Assembly (NCBI GenBank): GCA_001643675.2
Contig: LSRY02000026.1
Location: 620,001-684,000, forward strand
Reading direction: 5' to 3'
Length of the DNA stretch: 64,000 nucleotides
Source of the DNA: Monocercomonoides exilis PA203
Lineage: Eukaryota; Protista; Preaxostyla
Part shown: positions 24,801 through 37,700 of the stretch, piece after piece
Layout of the letters: each line of letters opens with the position of its first letter
Position numbering within the stretch: the first letter of the stretch is position 1
The notes under the pieces: generated by a model
Database searches by the model: none
What the model saw: the letters and a program-made list of their open reading frames with translations, nothing else
Told to the model about the DNA's origin: nothing
Translations under genes and position numbers: made by a program

Positions 24801-27800
24801 ATGAGTGTTCGATGTCGAGTTGCAAGAGTGGTTTGAGTGATGAAGGAGGGGGGATGAGAGTGGTGCTGAAGAGTGGGGAGTCGGTGTTGAAAGTGAATGG
24901 GAGCTCGTTTTCGATGTGCAAGTGCTCGAGTGAGACAGGGTGTGGAGGAGGGCTGTTCATTGATGGGTCTGACCCACATGCGAATTATGGGAATGAGAGT
25001 CAGATTCCGCCTCTGAATTTCAAGATTGTGAATATCCTGTTTGTGATGAATGAGGCACATGTGGGGAAAGACGTGTTTGTCAGATGCCACTCGATTGAGC
25101 ACCAGATCAACGAAACACTGTTTGCACTGAACTACAACCAGGAGTCACTGAACTCGAACAACTCGATCTGTGGGAGGGATGTTGAGAGTGAGACGGATGT
25201 TGATCTGATTCTGCTGATCACATTCTATTATTCGGCACAGGTGTTTGTGAGTGGGAGAGGGAGTGATGGGAGGGGATGTGGGGCACAGAGCATTCCGTGT
25301 GCGAGCATCGACTGTGGGGTTGAGCACATCGAGGAAGGGGTGATGAATGGGATTCTGATTTATGGGGAAGGGTTTGTGAGGAAGGAGTGTGTGATTGGAG
25401 ATCTGGTTGTGAACTCATTGAAAAAGGCACAGGGGATTGTTCGGTTGAACTGCAAGATTGAGAAATCAGGTGAGAAGGATTGTGTGATGGAGTTTGTGAA
25501 TGAATGTTCAGTGGAGAGGTGCTCATTCCAGTTTGAAAATGGATTTGAATCAACTCACAATTGTCTCATGAAAGTGAAGAATGGAATGACAAAAATACAA
25601 GAATGTGAATTCTTTTCTTCTTCCCCAACAACAACAGTTGAGTTCATGAAGCTGAACAGTTCAATTGTGAGTGTGGAAAGTGGAGAGCTGAAGATATCAG
25701 AAACAACATTCAGGGATATTCATTCAACAAGATCAATTCTTTCATTTTGTGAAGAATCAGATGTGACAATTGATGAAACAGGAATATCGAATATAGAATG
25801 TGAGGGAGATGTTGTGAGTGTTGGAGGGAAAGCGAAGGTGGAAATGAAAGAGATGGGAGTTGAGAATGTGACTCTGATGTCAAAGGGGTGTGTGATTGGG
25901 ATAGATAATGCAGAGCAAGATGTGAGTGTGCTGAACAGCTCATTTGGAAAGTGTGTGAATTCGGTTGATAAGGGAAGCATGATACAGATAAGAAAATCCA
26001 AGAATGTGAGGATTGAGGCATGTGTGTTTGATGGAGAAAAAGAAATCGAGGTTATCAATGAAGAAAACAAGATAAAAGAGGGATTATGCAAATGGAATGG
26101 ATCATTGGTTGATGTTGAGAAGAGCAGAGTGGAGATGAGGGAAATAACGATTATGAAGAGCAAGGGAGGTGGGTTGTGGGTGAGTGGAGGGAGTATGAAG
26201 ATTGAAAATGGAAAGTTTGAGAACAACAACCCATCGATTGAGGGATATCCATCAGCCAGAAGGAATGCGATTTGTGAAGGGAATGGAGAATTGGATGCTG
26301 TGAGTGTGAAAGGGGGAGATGGAATGTTGCCAAATACATCATTGTGGATATTAGATGAGGGATGCGAATTGGGAGGGATAGCAGCTGAAAGAGGATCATC
26401 ATTTTTCATCCCCATTTTGGAAGAGGTGAAGAATATTTCTCAGCCAAATGGAAATGTGGAGTTGATGATTCATGGGAAGCTGCTTCTTCCATGTGATTTG
26501 TCAGTGAAGATGAGCATGAAAAATGGGGAAGAGGAGGAGATAGTGAGAAAGGAAATTGAAGAAGAAGGGTTTGTGTCAGAGAATGAGATTCACACGTTTG
26601 TTTCATGTTCAGAACTGGAGAAAGTGAGAGAAGAGACAGAAGTGAGTGTGTGGATTGTGTTTGGGAAAGGAGATTCGCCTTCATCAACAGAGCGGTTTAT
26701 TGTGAAGAACAGGAGTGAAAGCGTTGGAAAAGGAGATGAAAGGATTGTTGAAGGAGGGAAAGAAGGGAAATCATCATGGGCTGTTTTTTGTCTGATATTT
26801 GTTGTTTTGTTTTTGATCGTTCTGATTGTATCTGTTATTGTTACAATTCGTTGGAGAAAGGCAAAGAATGAAGCAAAAGACTTGAGAGAGATTGTGAATG
26901 ACACAGTTAGGAAGGATCCGAAGGCATTTGAGATGGTGACGATGGAGATGTCTCCTGAGGAGCAGTGGAGGAGGGCTGAGAGAAAGGCAGAGAAGAAGAA
27001 CGAAGAGAGGATAAAGAAGAGGGTGTATGAGAAAAGCTTGGGACACTCAGAGTCGTCAGAGCATTTGCTGAGTGAATGTGGCTCAACAGAATATATCTTG
27101 GGGAAAGACTCAGACAAGATTCCTCAATGGATGCTGGAGAAGGTTGAAGAAGAAGAGATTCGAAAGAGAACACCATCACCATCCATTTCATCTACTTCAT
27201 CCACAGACACATCAGATTCAGATTCAACATTTGTTCGATCGGAGAGTCTGTGTCCAACCACCTCTTCGATGTCGAATCTGGTGGATGCAATGGCCTGCTC
27301 ATCTCCTCATGAGAAATTGATTGTGGATCTGAGGGATTCACTGTTCATGTTGTTGCATGGGCTGAACAAGACAAAGGAGATGGCAATTGGCACTCTTCAG
27401 GAGAGGGAGCAGACAGCTGCACAGATCCTGTTCTGGGTGGCTAATCTGGCACTCCATTCGTTTGATGAAATGGAAAATGGATTATCTTCTCTTTCCACTC
27501 TGAGTCCTCACATTGTGTTGTTTTCAGAACACATGGTGATCTGCATCGTCATGCATTCTGATTTATTGTCAGATGACTCTGATTCATCATCCATCTCATC
27601 ATCGACTGTTGTGACATCTGCCAGTGATGATAGTGACTCCCTTCCTTCATCAGCATTTGAGGATGATGAATACAACAGAAAAAGAGTGTTTGAGGTGGAA
27701 GGCGCCAGAGCTGCTGATGAACAAGAAGATGGGAGCAACAAAAGAATCAGTTGTGTTTTCGATTGGGATGATGCTGTGGGAGTGTCTGACACTGGATATC

Positions 27801-28160
27801 CCGTTTGGAGAGTATCCAGCAGAGGTGGCGGGAGATAAGATCTTGAATGGGGAGAGGCCAGACGTGACAGCTCTTGTTGAAGAAAGTGGGTTTGGAGAGC
27901 TTGTGGAGAGCTGCTGGAAATCGCAACGCTCGATTCGCATTTCTTTGGATGATCTGAAAAGAGAACTGTTTCAGCACTTTCCAGCTGGAACAATGATTCT
28001 GACGATGTCAGATGCGATTGAGGATGAGGATGGCACAGAAGAGGAAAAGAGCAAAACAGAAGATGAAGCACGGTTAATATCTGGATCACAAGAGAAACTT
28101 TCAGTGAATCCACCAAAAGAGAGAGGAAAACAAGAAATATTGATGAGAAAGAAATGGTGA
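18867..28160 (+). pseudogene. Giant surface receptor: Cys/Gly-rich beta-helix-like ectodomain, TM and degenerate kinase domain (~3,100 codons), broken at three sites
   Basis: GGG-I/GGA-I repeats and CG...PCxTI motifs. TM WAVFCLIFVVLFLIVLIVSVIVTI at ~26777-26850. Kinase C-lobe LRWKAPE...SVVFSIGMMLWECLTLDIPF...NGERP. Breaks: G8 frameshift 22647-22654, in-frame TGA 24767, A5 frameshift 27679-27683. Confidence 0.8.
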
Positions 28161-29846
28161 AGGGGATAATAATCGTGTGAGAAGGGTTTTGATGAGAAGA
28201 TATTTCTGGGTGCGAAAGAAACATTTTCACCGTTTTCAAAGAAAAGATGGCAAATGTTCTGGAGTTCTTGTGCAACATGTGAAGGTTTCATTTTTGGGAT
28301 AATGAGACACATTTGAAAAAGAAGAGATGATGATGATATTGAGATATTTGGGAAAACATTTCTCTTGTGGAATGTTAAGATTTATCTTCATTTTTTTGAA
28401 TTCGGTTTTCTGATTTAATATTCATTTCGAAACTCATTTGTGTGTTTGTGTATGTATTCAAAAGGATTTCAAAAAAATCTATTTTTAAAAGAAATTCTTT
28501 CTTGAAAAGTTCATCTGATTGTTTTGTTTTTATGTGTGTATTCAGAAAATCACAATTTTTGCAAAGCCTTTTGTTTATGTGTATGAATGAATGATTGTGA
28601 TGACTTTTCTGAGAGCGGAATGTGTGATCTTTTCATTATGTTAATAAAATAATCTTCAAAATTATTAAATCTTCATTGTGTTTTCACACACATATTTCAC
28701 AATCGTTTTTTCAGTTATATTTTTTTCATTTCATTTTCATGAAAACAAACACAACAATAAATTGAAATTCGACAGAAACAATGAATTTCATTTCCCAGAA
28801 AAATGCCTGAATCATTCTTTTCTTTTTGTGAATCAACATATTTGAGAAAACAATCAAAACAATTTTTGAAACAGCGAAAGAGGAAGATAAGAAATGATGA
28901 AAACTTGACTCATATGATTATCTGGGCTCTTCAAATTCATTGAAACACAAATCATTGAGAGTCAAATGTGTTCTTTAAATGTCTCAAAAATTATTAATGA
29001 ACAGCCAGTATATCTTTTATTACAAAAATAAAGTTCCCTCAAGATGATAATCTTCTTTGTGATAACTTTTATGAAATATTTATTAATTTTGTTCTTTCAA
29101 TTTGATCAAAGACATGTTTGTATTTCCATGAACTTTCAAATCTGAAAATTTGGTGAATTGTGAACAGACAATGCTCATCTCTTCCATATGTTTTTTATTA
29201 TCTCTGATTGTTCAAATTATCATCATTTTTTTTAAAAAATAAAAAATCAAATCATCAATGGTTGTTTGTTCATTTTTCTTTATTATAAAAGTATTTGTTT
29301 TTCATTACATATACATTTTTTTTTTCATTTCATTATATAAATTAAGAAATGAACAGTTTTGTGTTATCATGTTGATGAAATTTTGAAATGCGAAAAAATC
29401 AAGAAAAAAGTGTTTGTGAAAAAAAAGATTTTAAAGATTAATAGTTCGAAGCAAATGCTATATAAAACATGTCCCCAATTTCTTGAGCGATTCCCAGTTG
29501 GCTAGAAAAAGTACTTTTAAATTTAACAAAAAAACGAAATTTCTCGATGTGTAAAAATCGTTAATAAAAAATGAAAACAGTAAATAAATAGAATTCAACT
29601 TGTTGAAAAGGATTTTTAAAATGCTGAAAACTCCTTCTCATTTCTCGACATTTTGCAAGCAAAAACAAAAAAAAGTGCCAATTAAGGAAAAAGTCCCATA
29701 AAAAAGAAGACCCTATTCGACAATTTAAAAAGAATCACTCTTCCACCTAAAAGTGCCTCAAACATTTTGTTTTCTCACAAAAATATATGCTTTCTTGTAA
29801 AAAATAAAGTTATATATGAAATGCCGTGCAATATTAAATCAATAAA

Positions 29847-30105
29847 TGGGTGATTATTTTTGAAATCGAACGTTTTTTTCGGAATAAGTGTAATTTTCTT
29901 ATCCGCAGTTATTTGCAAAAGAATTCTGAAAAAAAGTGTCACATGCTTTCAATTTGTTGTCCATCAGATTCATATTGTCATTGAAAGACAGAGAAGCACA
30001 TTGAAGATTTCAATATTAACATAAGATTGATTTCTTGGGATTTGTGACAAATTATTGATTCGAATATTTTGTTAGGAAAAATATGAAATCAAAAAGAATC
30101 ACCCA
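29847..30105. mobile_element. MITE copy A (~259 bp)
   Basis: Terminal inverted repeats TGGGTGATT...AATCACCCA. Both ends resemble copy B in the opposite orientation. Confidence 0.7.
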
Positions 30106-30109
30106 ATTT

Positions 30110-31115
30110 ATGTTATATTCACCATTTTCCGTTCAAATTTGGAAACTTCTTATTCAAAATAATTTTTGTTGAGTTTTTATTTATAGAAAATTTTGTAAAA
30201 AAAAATTTGGTTTTTGTGCGAGTATCGGAAAGTGATAAAAATTTATATGTGTGATTATTTATGAAAAAATATTTTTTCTTTCAAAAATTTCGGTTCGAAA
30301 ATATCCCTTGAGTATCAACAAAAGAATACTGAAAAATGTAACGGCTTATAAAAAAACATCATTATCTTTATTTGAGAAAAAAAACTTTTGTTTTTAATAA
30401 AAGTGTGATAATTCAACAATTTGAATTCAAAATCTCGTTCCAATGATAAACAACATCTGAAAAATCAATGTCCCGAAAAAAGTTATGATTTCAAAAACAA
30501 TCACCCATATTTTTTCATTATTAATAAAATAATTAGAATTTTAGCCACTAAAATTTTTATTTGCTGATAAATATGAAAATTTCTGATTTTTCAAAAATAA
30601 ATCATCATCATGGAAATTAGATAATTTTTTTATTTATTTCTTTCACATTGTTTGATCACACATTGTTCAACCAAAAAAATTTTTTTGAAATTAAAAAAGA
30701 ATCAAAAGATCAACAAAATATTAAAGAAGAATTCTGAAAGCGTCTTTGAAGATTGATTCTAATGATAATATTTTTTGTTTTCAGCATCTAAGATTGATTC
30801 AAATAGCATATTGTAGTCGAATAAAGTGAAAATAAACAATGTGAGGTGAAATAATTCTTTAACCATCCGATTTCAAGGTGGAAAATTTTTTTTCAGAAAA
30901 ATCAGAAATTCTCATATTTATTAGCAAATAAAAATAATCGGGACTTAAATTTTAATTTTTTTTTATAAATAATGAAAAAATACTATATTTTTGTCACTTT
31001 CCGAAACTCGGCTAAAAACCAATTTATCACAAAAAATTTTTATGTTGAAAAATACTCAATTTGAATAATTTCGAATAATAAGTTTACCTGTTTGAATAAT
31101 TAATGATGAGTCACA
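30110..31115. repeat. Degenerate long inverted repeat / foldback element centred near 30745
   Basis: 30508-30625 pairs with 30860-30982 (TTTTTATTTGCTGATAAATATGAAAATTTCTGATTTTTC vs reverse complement). 30130-30245 pairs with 30985-31100 (GGTTTTT...CGAGTATCGGAAAGTGATAAAAA). Weaker pairing continues to the centre. Confidence 0.8.
30248..30507. mobile_element. MITE copy B (260 bp) with TA target-site duplication (Tc1/mariner-type)
   Basis: TA[TGTGTGATT...AATCACCCA]TA. The other arm of the surrounding palindrome carries the empty site. Confidence 0.75.
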
Positions 31116-31253
31116 GATTGTTGGTATTTAAGAAAAAAAATAACAATTCATTGTGAACTTTTTCCACTATTGCATCATTAAAAATCTTAAATTCTTTTGA
31201 GAAAAAAAATATGAGAAAAGAAATTGAAAGTGCAAAATGAAACAAAATTTATG

Positions 31254-31317
31254 AAACAAACAAACAAACAAACAAACAAACAAACAAACAAACAAACAAA
31301 CAAACAAACAAACAAAC
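31254..31317 (+). repeat. (AAAC)16 microsatellite
   Basis: Perfect tetranucleotide repeat read directly. Confidence 0.97.
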
Positions 31318-32094
31318 AAAAAAAGATTCATTTTTAAAAACGCTTCAAAAATAATAAAACAATACACTTTTGCGAAAATTATTTTATTTTCTAATAATTA
31401 TCATTTTCTTTGCTTGAAATCAATTTCATTCAACGAAAAAAGAATGGATATTCATTTTTCTTAACAATTTTCAAATTAAAACTGAATACATCATTTAAAT
31501 ACTCATTATCTTCTTTCTCATTAAAAAATGGCAGACGAATAACACAATTTTTTCATTATCAATCTTTGTTATAGAAATCGAAATGAAATCATTTAAATTT
31601 CATTAAATACAACATCATTTTCATTATCTACGAGCAAATCGGCAAATGCAATTCCAAAGATGTTGTCAAGTCATTATTTATGAAATAAATTTTCATAAAA
31701 ATCATTTGAAATTTCTCAACAATCATCTGCTAAGAGCCGGAAATAATTTGAAAGAAGTCAAAAAGAAGTTATTTTATTTTGACTTTGCTCTCAATCTTCT
31801 TCGTGCTCTCTTCAAACGGCGCATACGCTTCTTTCTCCACTGAAATACAAAATGGAAAAAAATAAAGAAAATTACTTCAAAAAATCAAAAATAAAAATCC
31901 TCACCGATTCAAAACAAAAAAGAATATATCTATATTTCAAAAAACATCATCAAAAATCAATGATCACATTTATATACCTTTGCACGCATTTTTCAGAAAT
32001 TTCAGTGCCAGCCGACTTTTGGAATATGCAGATCAATTAAACCATCAAATTATTTGTCAAATAATTTCCAATTTTTATTCTTATTATTTAAAAA

Positions 32095-32842
32095 ATGGAA
32101 GGAATAATTGGAAGATTTTTTCTTACACCTCTTATGCATTCAATTATATATTCAAAGGTCAACTGGGATGAACCTTCTATGAGACTTAGATTATTTGTCT
32201 CATTTTTCGTTTTGCAAATTCTTGTTTTATGTGGATATATATACATGTATTTTCAAATGAAAAAAGAAGATGATAAAGAAAAAAACATACCAACAGTTGT
32301 ATCTTATTTGTATGCTCTTCTTTTTTGATTATTTTCTGAATTCTTTTTTCTTTTCCAGTTTCCAGCAAAAATGCTTAAAGAGTCTCAAAGAATATGATGT
32401 GGACGAGTTGATAAAGCATGTTAAGCGACTATTTCTTGGATCAATAGGAACTGGTGTTATGACATATTTCATGAAAGATGCGGTCCCACTTCTTCTGCAT
32501 ATTGTATCAATTCCATTTGCGTTTATTCATTCTCCGCTTGTTCAAATTTTTATATTCCATGAGAACATTTCTCGACCATTTGATCCATATACATTCTTTG
32601 ATCAACTTATGGATTCACTTGTCAATGCGAGAGGAACCATTAATAAACTTCGAATGCCAGAAATAAATCCAGAAGTTGAAAAAGCAAATAAATTTAATAG
32701 AAAATCAGAAGTTGAAGGAATTGAATTGAAGACATCTTCTGTTGTTTCGGAAAACGAAAAAATAAACAAAAATTCAAAAAGTGTTTCTGATAAGAATAAT
32801 ATCAGAAATAATACTCGACAACAAAAGAAAAAACAACATTGA
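32095..32842 (+). CDS. PHO88: Pho88/SND3-family ER membrane protein; exons 32095-32298 and 32366-32842
   Basis: N-terminal TM, SLKEYDVDEL (cf. TVKEYD), TM pair ending PLLLH, SPLVQIFIF...SRPF. A phase-0 GT-AG intron joins the two ORF frames. Confidence 0.8.
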
Positions 32843-32986
32843 CGTTTTGCCAATATTACATATTAGATATATTTTTTTGTTTTTATCTTTTGCTATTTTA
32901 AGATTTGCAAAGGTATTTGCATTTTACAATTTTGTTTAGTAATCATTATTTAATAATGGGTTAAATTTTTGGGTTCGCTTTGTTTC

Positions 32987-34606
32987 ATGGCTGCTTGGGA
33001 TGTTGACCTGGATAAACGGTCAATAGGACCATTTCAAATTGGCATGACAGTGTATGAGGCCCACATGAGTATTCAGCGAAATCCGGATATTCAATCATGC
33101 AACATTATTTATCATGAAGAAGCACCATTTGCTGTTCCGTTGATATTTTTTCTAAGAAAAGAAGGAATTAGGCTCGAATTTGATAGCGTGTCTCAAGTCC
33201 TTGTTCGAATTGTTGTTACAGAACCTAAAGCAGTAACTCTTTCATATGAAAGTATTGAAATTTTCTTTCTATATTTTATTCAGTGTATTTAATCATAAAA
33301 ATGTATTTGATTATATGTTAAAATTGAAATTAACAGACAATGTTTTTTCGGGTCCTGCATGCGAGACTACAATGGATTTAGTTTATCTTCTTTTTCGAAG
33401 AACCATTTTGGGAAAATTAGATAAAGAAAGCAACATTTATGAACTTCCATATCCAAATTTGTCTTTTATGTTTTATATTCCCCCAGAGTTTCATAGTGAT
33501 TATGAAGGAATGAATTTCAACGTTACAACTTCAAAAGGAATATCTCCTTTATGCACATCCATGATAATGAAAGCTTCACGCCCTGATAAGCTTGCTTCAC
33601 CGCGAGTGAGAGTTGTCGTATGTTCATATTCATATACATGTTTATTTTTATTTTTATTTTTTTTTTATTAACTGATGTGATATTAATATCAATTAAATAG
33701 CCAGGAGTTGGAGTCTTTTTTAATGAAGAAATGATTTCTGGATCAGAAAAATCAAAAAATATCCCAATGAACACACCATGCATTCTTCTTGGAGACACGT
33801 TGCAAACAGTCGTAACATTTCTTGGAGCGCCTGATCGTTCATATGTCCCACCAAATCAACAGTCACATTCAGCCTGGAAAGAGAAAGAGAAGGAGCGTGC
33901 AGATAAGCGAAGTGCCGAAGACGAGGGCAAGCAGGAGAAACAAAAAGATAGCGGCTTTGCACCATTTGTACCACATGCAACGCACTCTGCTGCGCCAGTT
34001 GCCAAAGGAAAAGGAGCCGCTATTTCTCTTTCTGCTCTTCTTTCTCCGCTTTCCATTGGCAGTGCTCCGATCTCAGAGGATTCAAATGCCTCGCTCTCCC
34101 CGTCGTTTTTCTACAACTACTTCCGCTATGGCATCGATGTCTACTTCAGCGGAGCAACACAGCGTGTGCAGAAGATCATCCTGCACAGCAACTTGCCTGG
34201 CCACCCGGACTTCTGCGTGTACTCAAAGTGCGGCTTTGTGGTGGAGTGGGGGAAAGCAGGAGAGAGAGATGACAGCGAAAGAGAAGAAGAAGAAGAAGAA
34301 GAAGGAGAAAGTGACAGCGACAGCGACAGAGGAAGAGAAAACAAAGGCAAGAAATCTGAGAAAGAAAAGCAGTCTTCGTCTTGCTCTCCATCTGAGTCGA
34401 AATCTGATACAGTCATAACAGAATTATCTCATAGAGATGATCTGATTTGCTTTTCAGCATCTAAAACCCTTCCTGCCCCTGTAGTCAATTCACGCCCCTC
34501 GACCGTTCATCCTTTTGGCACTTCATATTCTTTTGGCTTTGCTTGTGGAGTTATCTTTGAAGTGACCAAAAATGGATTTATCACTTCAGTCTGCATCTTT
34601 GAATGA
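32987..34606 (+). CDS. PHAF1: PHAF1 / UPF0183 (C16orf70-like) protein; exons 32987-33251, 33337-33617, 33701-34606
   Basis: FQIGM..., GIRLEFDSVSQ, FFYNYFRYGIDVYF...KIILHSNLPGHPDF, HPFGTS...IFEVTKNGFITSVCIF. Intron phases are consistent. Confidence 0.88.
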
Positions 34607-34785
34607 ATGCGACATTTTTGTTTGTGTTGGCAATTATTTTTTCTTTTCTTTTATTTTTTTAATTTATATTTTCATTTCATCTTTATGATTTTTTTGTGTA
34701 ACATTTTTTCTTTGAAAATGAATACAATCAATTCTTTCAGAAATAATTGATCAAAAAGTGACCCGTTATTGTAAGAAAACGGTTT

Positions 34786-37700
34786 ATGAATAGAAAAACT
34801 TCTATAAACTCCACTTCACAAAAAGTACTTCCGAAACAAAGTTCAAGTGCTAAAATCCCAACAGTATCTGCTTCATTGCCAAAGGCTAAATCTACTTCTA
34901 AGGAAGTGGAACCAATGGTTTTAACAATATTTTTAAATGATAATAATTTATATTGTTACCATAAATTTTCAAATATATTAACTTCTTTAATTTATATTAA
35001 TTAATATATAACGAACAAATAGGCACCTGCAAATTCTGATGAAGTTAAAGTACAACAAGAATTGCCTAAATCAACAAATCCTCCACAACAAGCTCCAAAT
35101 CCAAAACAACAAGCAAAACAGGCAAAAGCTGAGGAAGAGATTTTGAAGCCTCCATATCTTCCGAAAGAAAAAAATGTACAACAAATGGCAGAAGCCAAAA
35201 CAACTCCAAAAAATGAAGAGAAACAACCATTTCAAAACCAGAAAGAAAATGCTGAAGGTAAAAAAGAAGATAAATCCCAAGTTGAAAAGGAGGAACCAAA
35301 GAAAATTACATCTTCAAATGATGTTTCAAAAGTCCAAGATGATATTAATGCAGTTGCGTCAAAAATAGATTCAATTTTGAAAAAAAAGCACGAAAAATCT
35401 CAAAAAGCAAAGGAAGAGATTGAGAAACACAGAGAAGAGAAACTTTCCAAGCTTTCAGAGTTACGAGCACAGGGAAAAATGGGCAACATTGGAGAAGGTG
35501 ATCAATCGCTAAAGCCAGAACCCGAACCACAACCAAAGACAATCGAGGAATATGTCAAGCGCCATTTGGAATCAGCATCTGTGCAACTGTTCCATTACAT
35601 GTACCGAGCAGAGGAAGAAAAGAAACGCCTGTTGAAAGAAGCAGCCGAGAGGAAGTCTGTCATCACAGAGCTTCAGAAAGTGTCTCGTATTGAGAAAGAA
35701 AAAGAGCAGTTCCACAGGCGGAAGGAGGAGTTTTCAGAGGCGCGCAGCGCGAAGCAGCGGTGGGAAGAGTATGCGCTGCTTCTGTCTGAAGAGTCGGCGA
35801 CGCTGGAGCACATCGCGACGGAGCTCGACCAGCTGGCCACGTCGTCTGCCTCTTTGCACGAGGGCTTTCTGAACGAGGCGCTTTCACTGGGCCTCTCACT
35901 GCGGGGCCAGTGCGACCTGAATGTGTCCGTGAGGCGGCAGGAGCGGCTGGGGAGGAAGGGAGAGTACCAGGAGATCCCGTCGTTTCTGGTGGAGCGGCTG
36001 TGCGAGAGAGAGGTGGAGACGGCGTGGAAGGATGTGGACGCACTGGTGAAGAAGGTGATGCAGCAGCAGCAAGAGAAGAAGAGGAAGGAAGGGAAGGAAG
36101 GAGGGAGAGGAATGCTGAGGGAATCTGTGAAACTGAGCAGTTCTCAAACAGAACTGGCGAAGAAAGGAGAATTGGAAGAAGGAGCAGAAAAGACTGAGGA
36201 GCAGAAAGGAGGGGAACGGAGAAACGGAGAATTAGTGAAAGTTGTCAGAAGAAAGAAAACGAGAAAGGCAGAAGAAAAAGAAGCAGGAGTGTCGACAGAA
36301 CAGAATGAGGAGAAAAAGGAAGGAGAAGCAAATGAAGAAGCACAAGAAGGAAGCGACAAACAGACTGAAAACGGAGTGAAAGAAGTTAAACCAGAAGAAA
36401 AGACTGAAACAAAAGAGACTAATGAAGCAGTCAAAAAGGAAGAAGGAGCAGTAGAAGAAGCAAAAACAGAGGGCGAAGAAGAAAAAAGAGAAGCAGAGGA
36501 AGGTGAAGAAGAGGAATGTCTTTCGTATGAGTTTGACGATGAGCTTATCAGTGCTGCCTTGAAGCGCCATCCGCACCGCATCTTGTCGTCAGCGCAGCTG
36601 AAAGAGCGTATTTCGAAGAAGAAGGCGGTTGTTGAGGCAGAAGTGAGTCCATCGAAGCGGGCGAGGCTGAGTGAGCAGGGTGTGGCAGACAGCAAAGAGA
36701 TCGAGCGGAAGAAGCTGATTGAGCGGAGGGCAGAGAAGAGGAAGATTTATGCAGAGCTGTCGAGGCAACTCATCCGCCCTGCTTCTTCTTCGCCGACAGC
36801 ACATGCTCATCCAAATGCACCAAATGCACAGAAATCTGCTGGAAAGACAAAAGAAGCACAAAAAGCAGGGAGCAAACAGGAAGAGAGAGGAGGGAACAAA
36901 GAGACGAATGAGCAAGGGACAGAAGCAAATGCAGAAGAGAGGAGTTTTGCAGAGCCAGCAAGAAATGCCAGTTCGAAAGAGGGACATGGAAGAGACTGCA
37001 GATGCGGTGCACATTCAAACACAAACTCGACTTCTGCGCTGACTGCCAACAAAGGAGCACTTCCTCCTCTCAAAAGAACCCCTTCTGGAAGCGGATCATC
37101 ATCATCATCATCTTCTTCTTCTTCCTCTTCTTCTTCCTCTTCTTCTTCTGCTTCATCAGCAATCACCTCTCCAATGCATCTGTCTCCTTCTTCTCATGCT
37201 CGCACTCCGTCTCCCTCACAAGGCATTTCTCCGAAGCGCATCACATCTTCTTCTTCTTCTTCTGTCTCAAAACAGCCACGTGCTATTTCTCCGTTCTATT
37301 CGACAAATATTACTTCTTCTTCTTCTTCTTCTGCCTCTGCTTCTGCTGCTATTTCCAATGCAGACATTCAGACAGCAGCGAAGGAAGAGCTGGAGAATGT
37401 GCAGAAGACGCTGCAGCGGCTGAAGCAGTTTCAGCTGGAGAAGGCGATGAGGGAGAAGAAGAGAAAAGAGAGTGAAAGGAAGCAGATGGAGGCGCTGGAG
37501 AAAGAATTGAATGAAGCAGCAGAGAAGAGGAAGAAAGAAGAGGCAGAACGGCAGGAGAGGATTAAGAAGGAGAGGGAAGAAAGAGCAGCGAAGAGGAAGA
37601 AGGAGGCAGAGGAGAGGAGGAAGCTGATGGAGGAGCTGGCAAGGCAAGAGAGCGAGGAGAAGAAGAAGAGGAAGACACCCCTTTATTTGCAGATGGCAGA

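Noticed and set aside
29460-29765. Scattered AAAAGT(G)CC motifs as a CRISPR-like or subterminal repeat array
   Set aside because: Short, irregularly spaced and without constant repeat/spacer lengths. Eukaryotic context and no cas genes.
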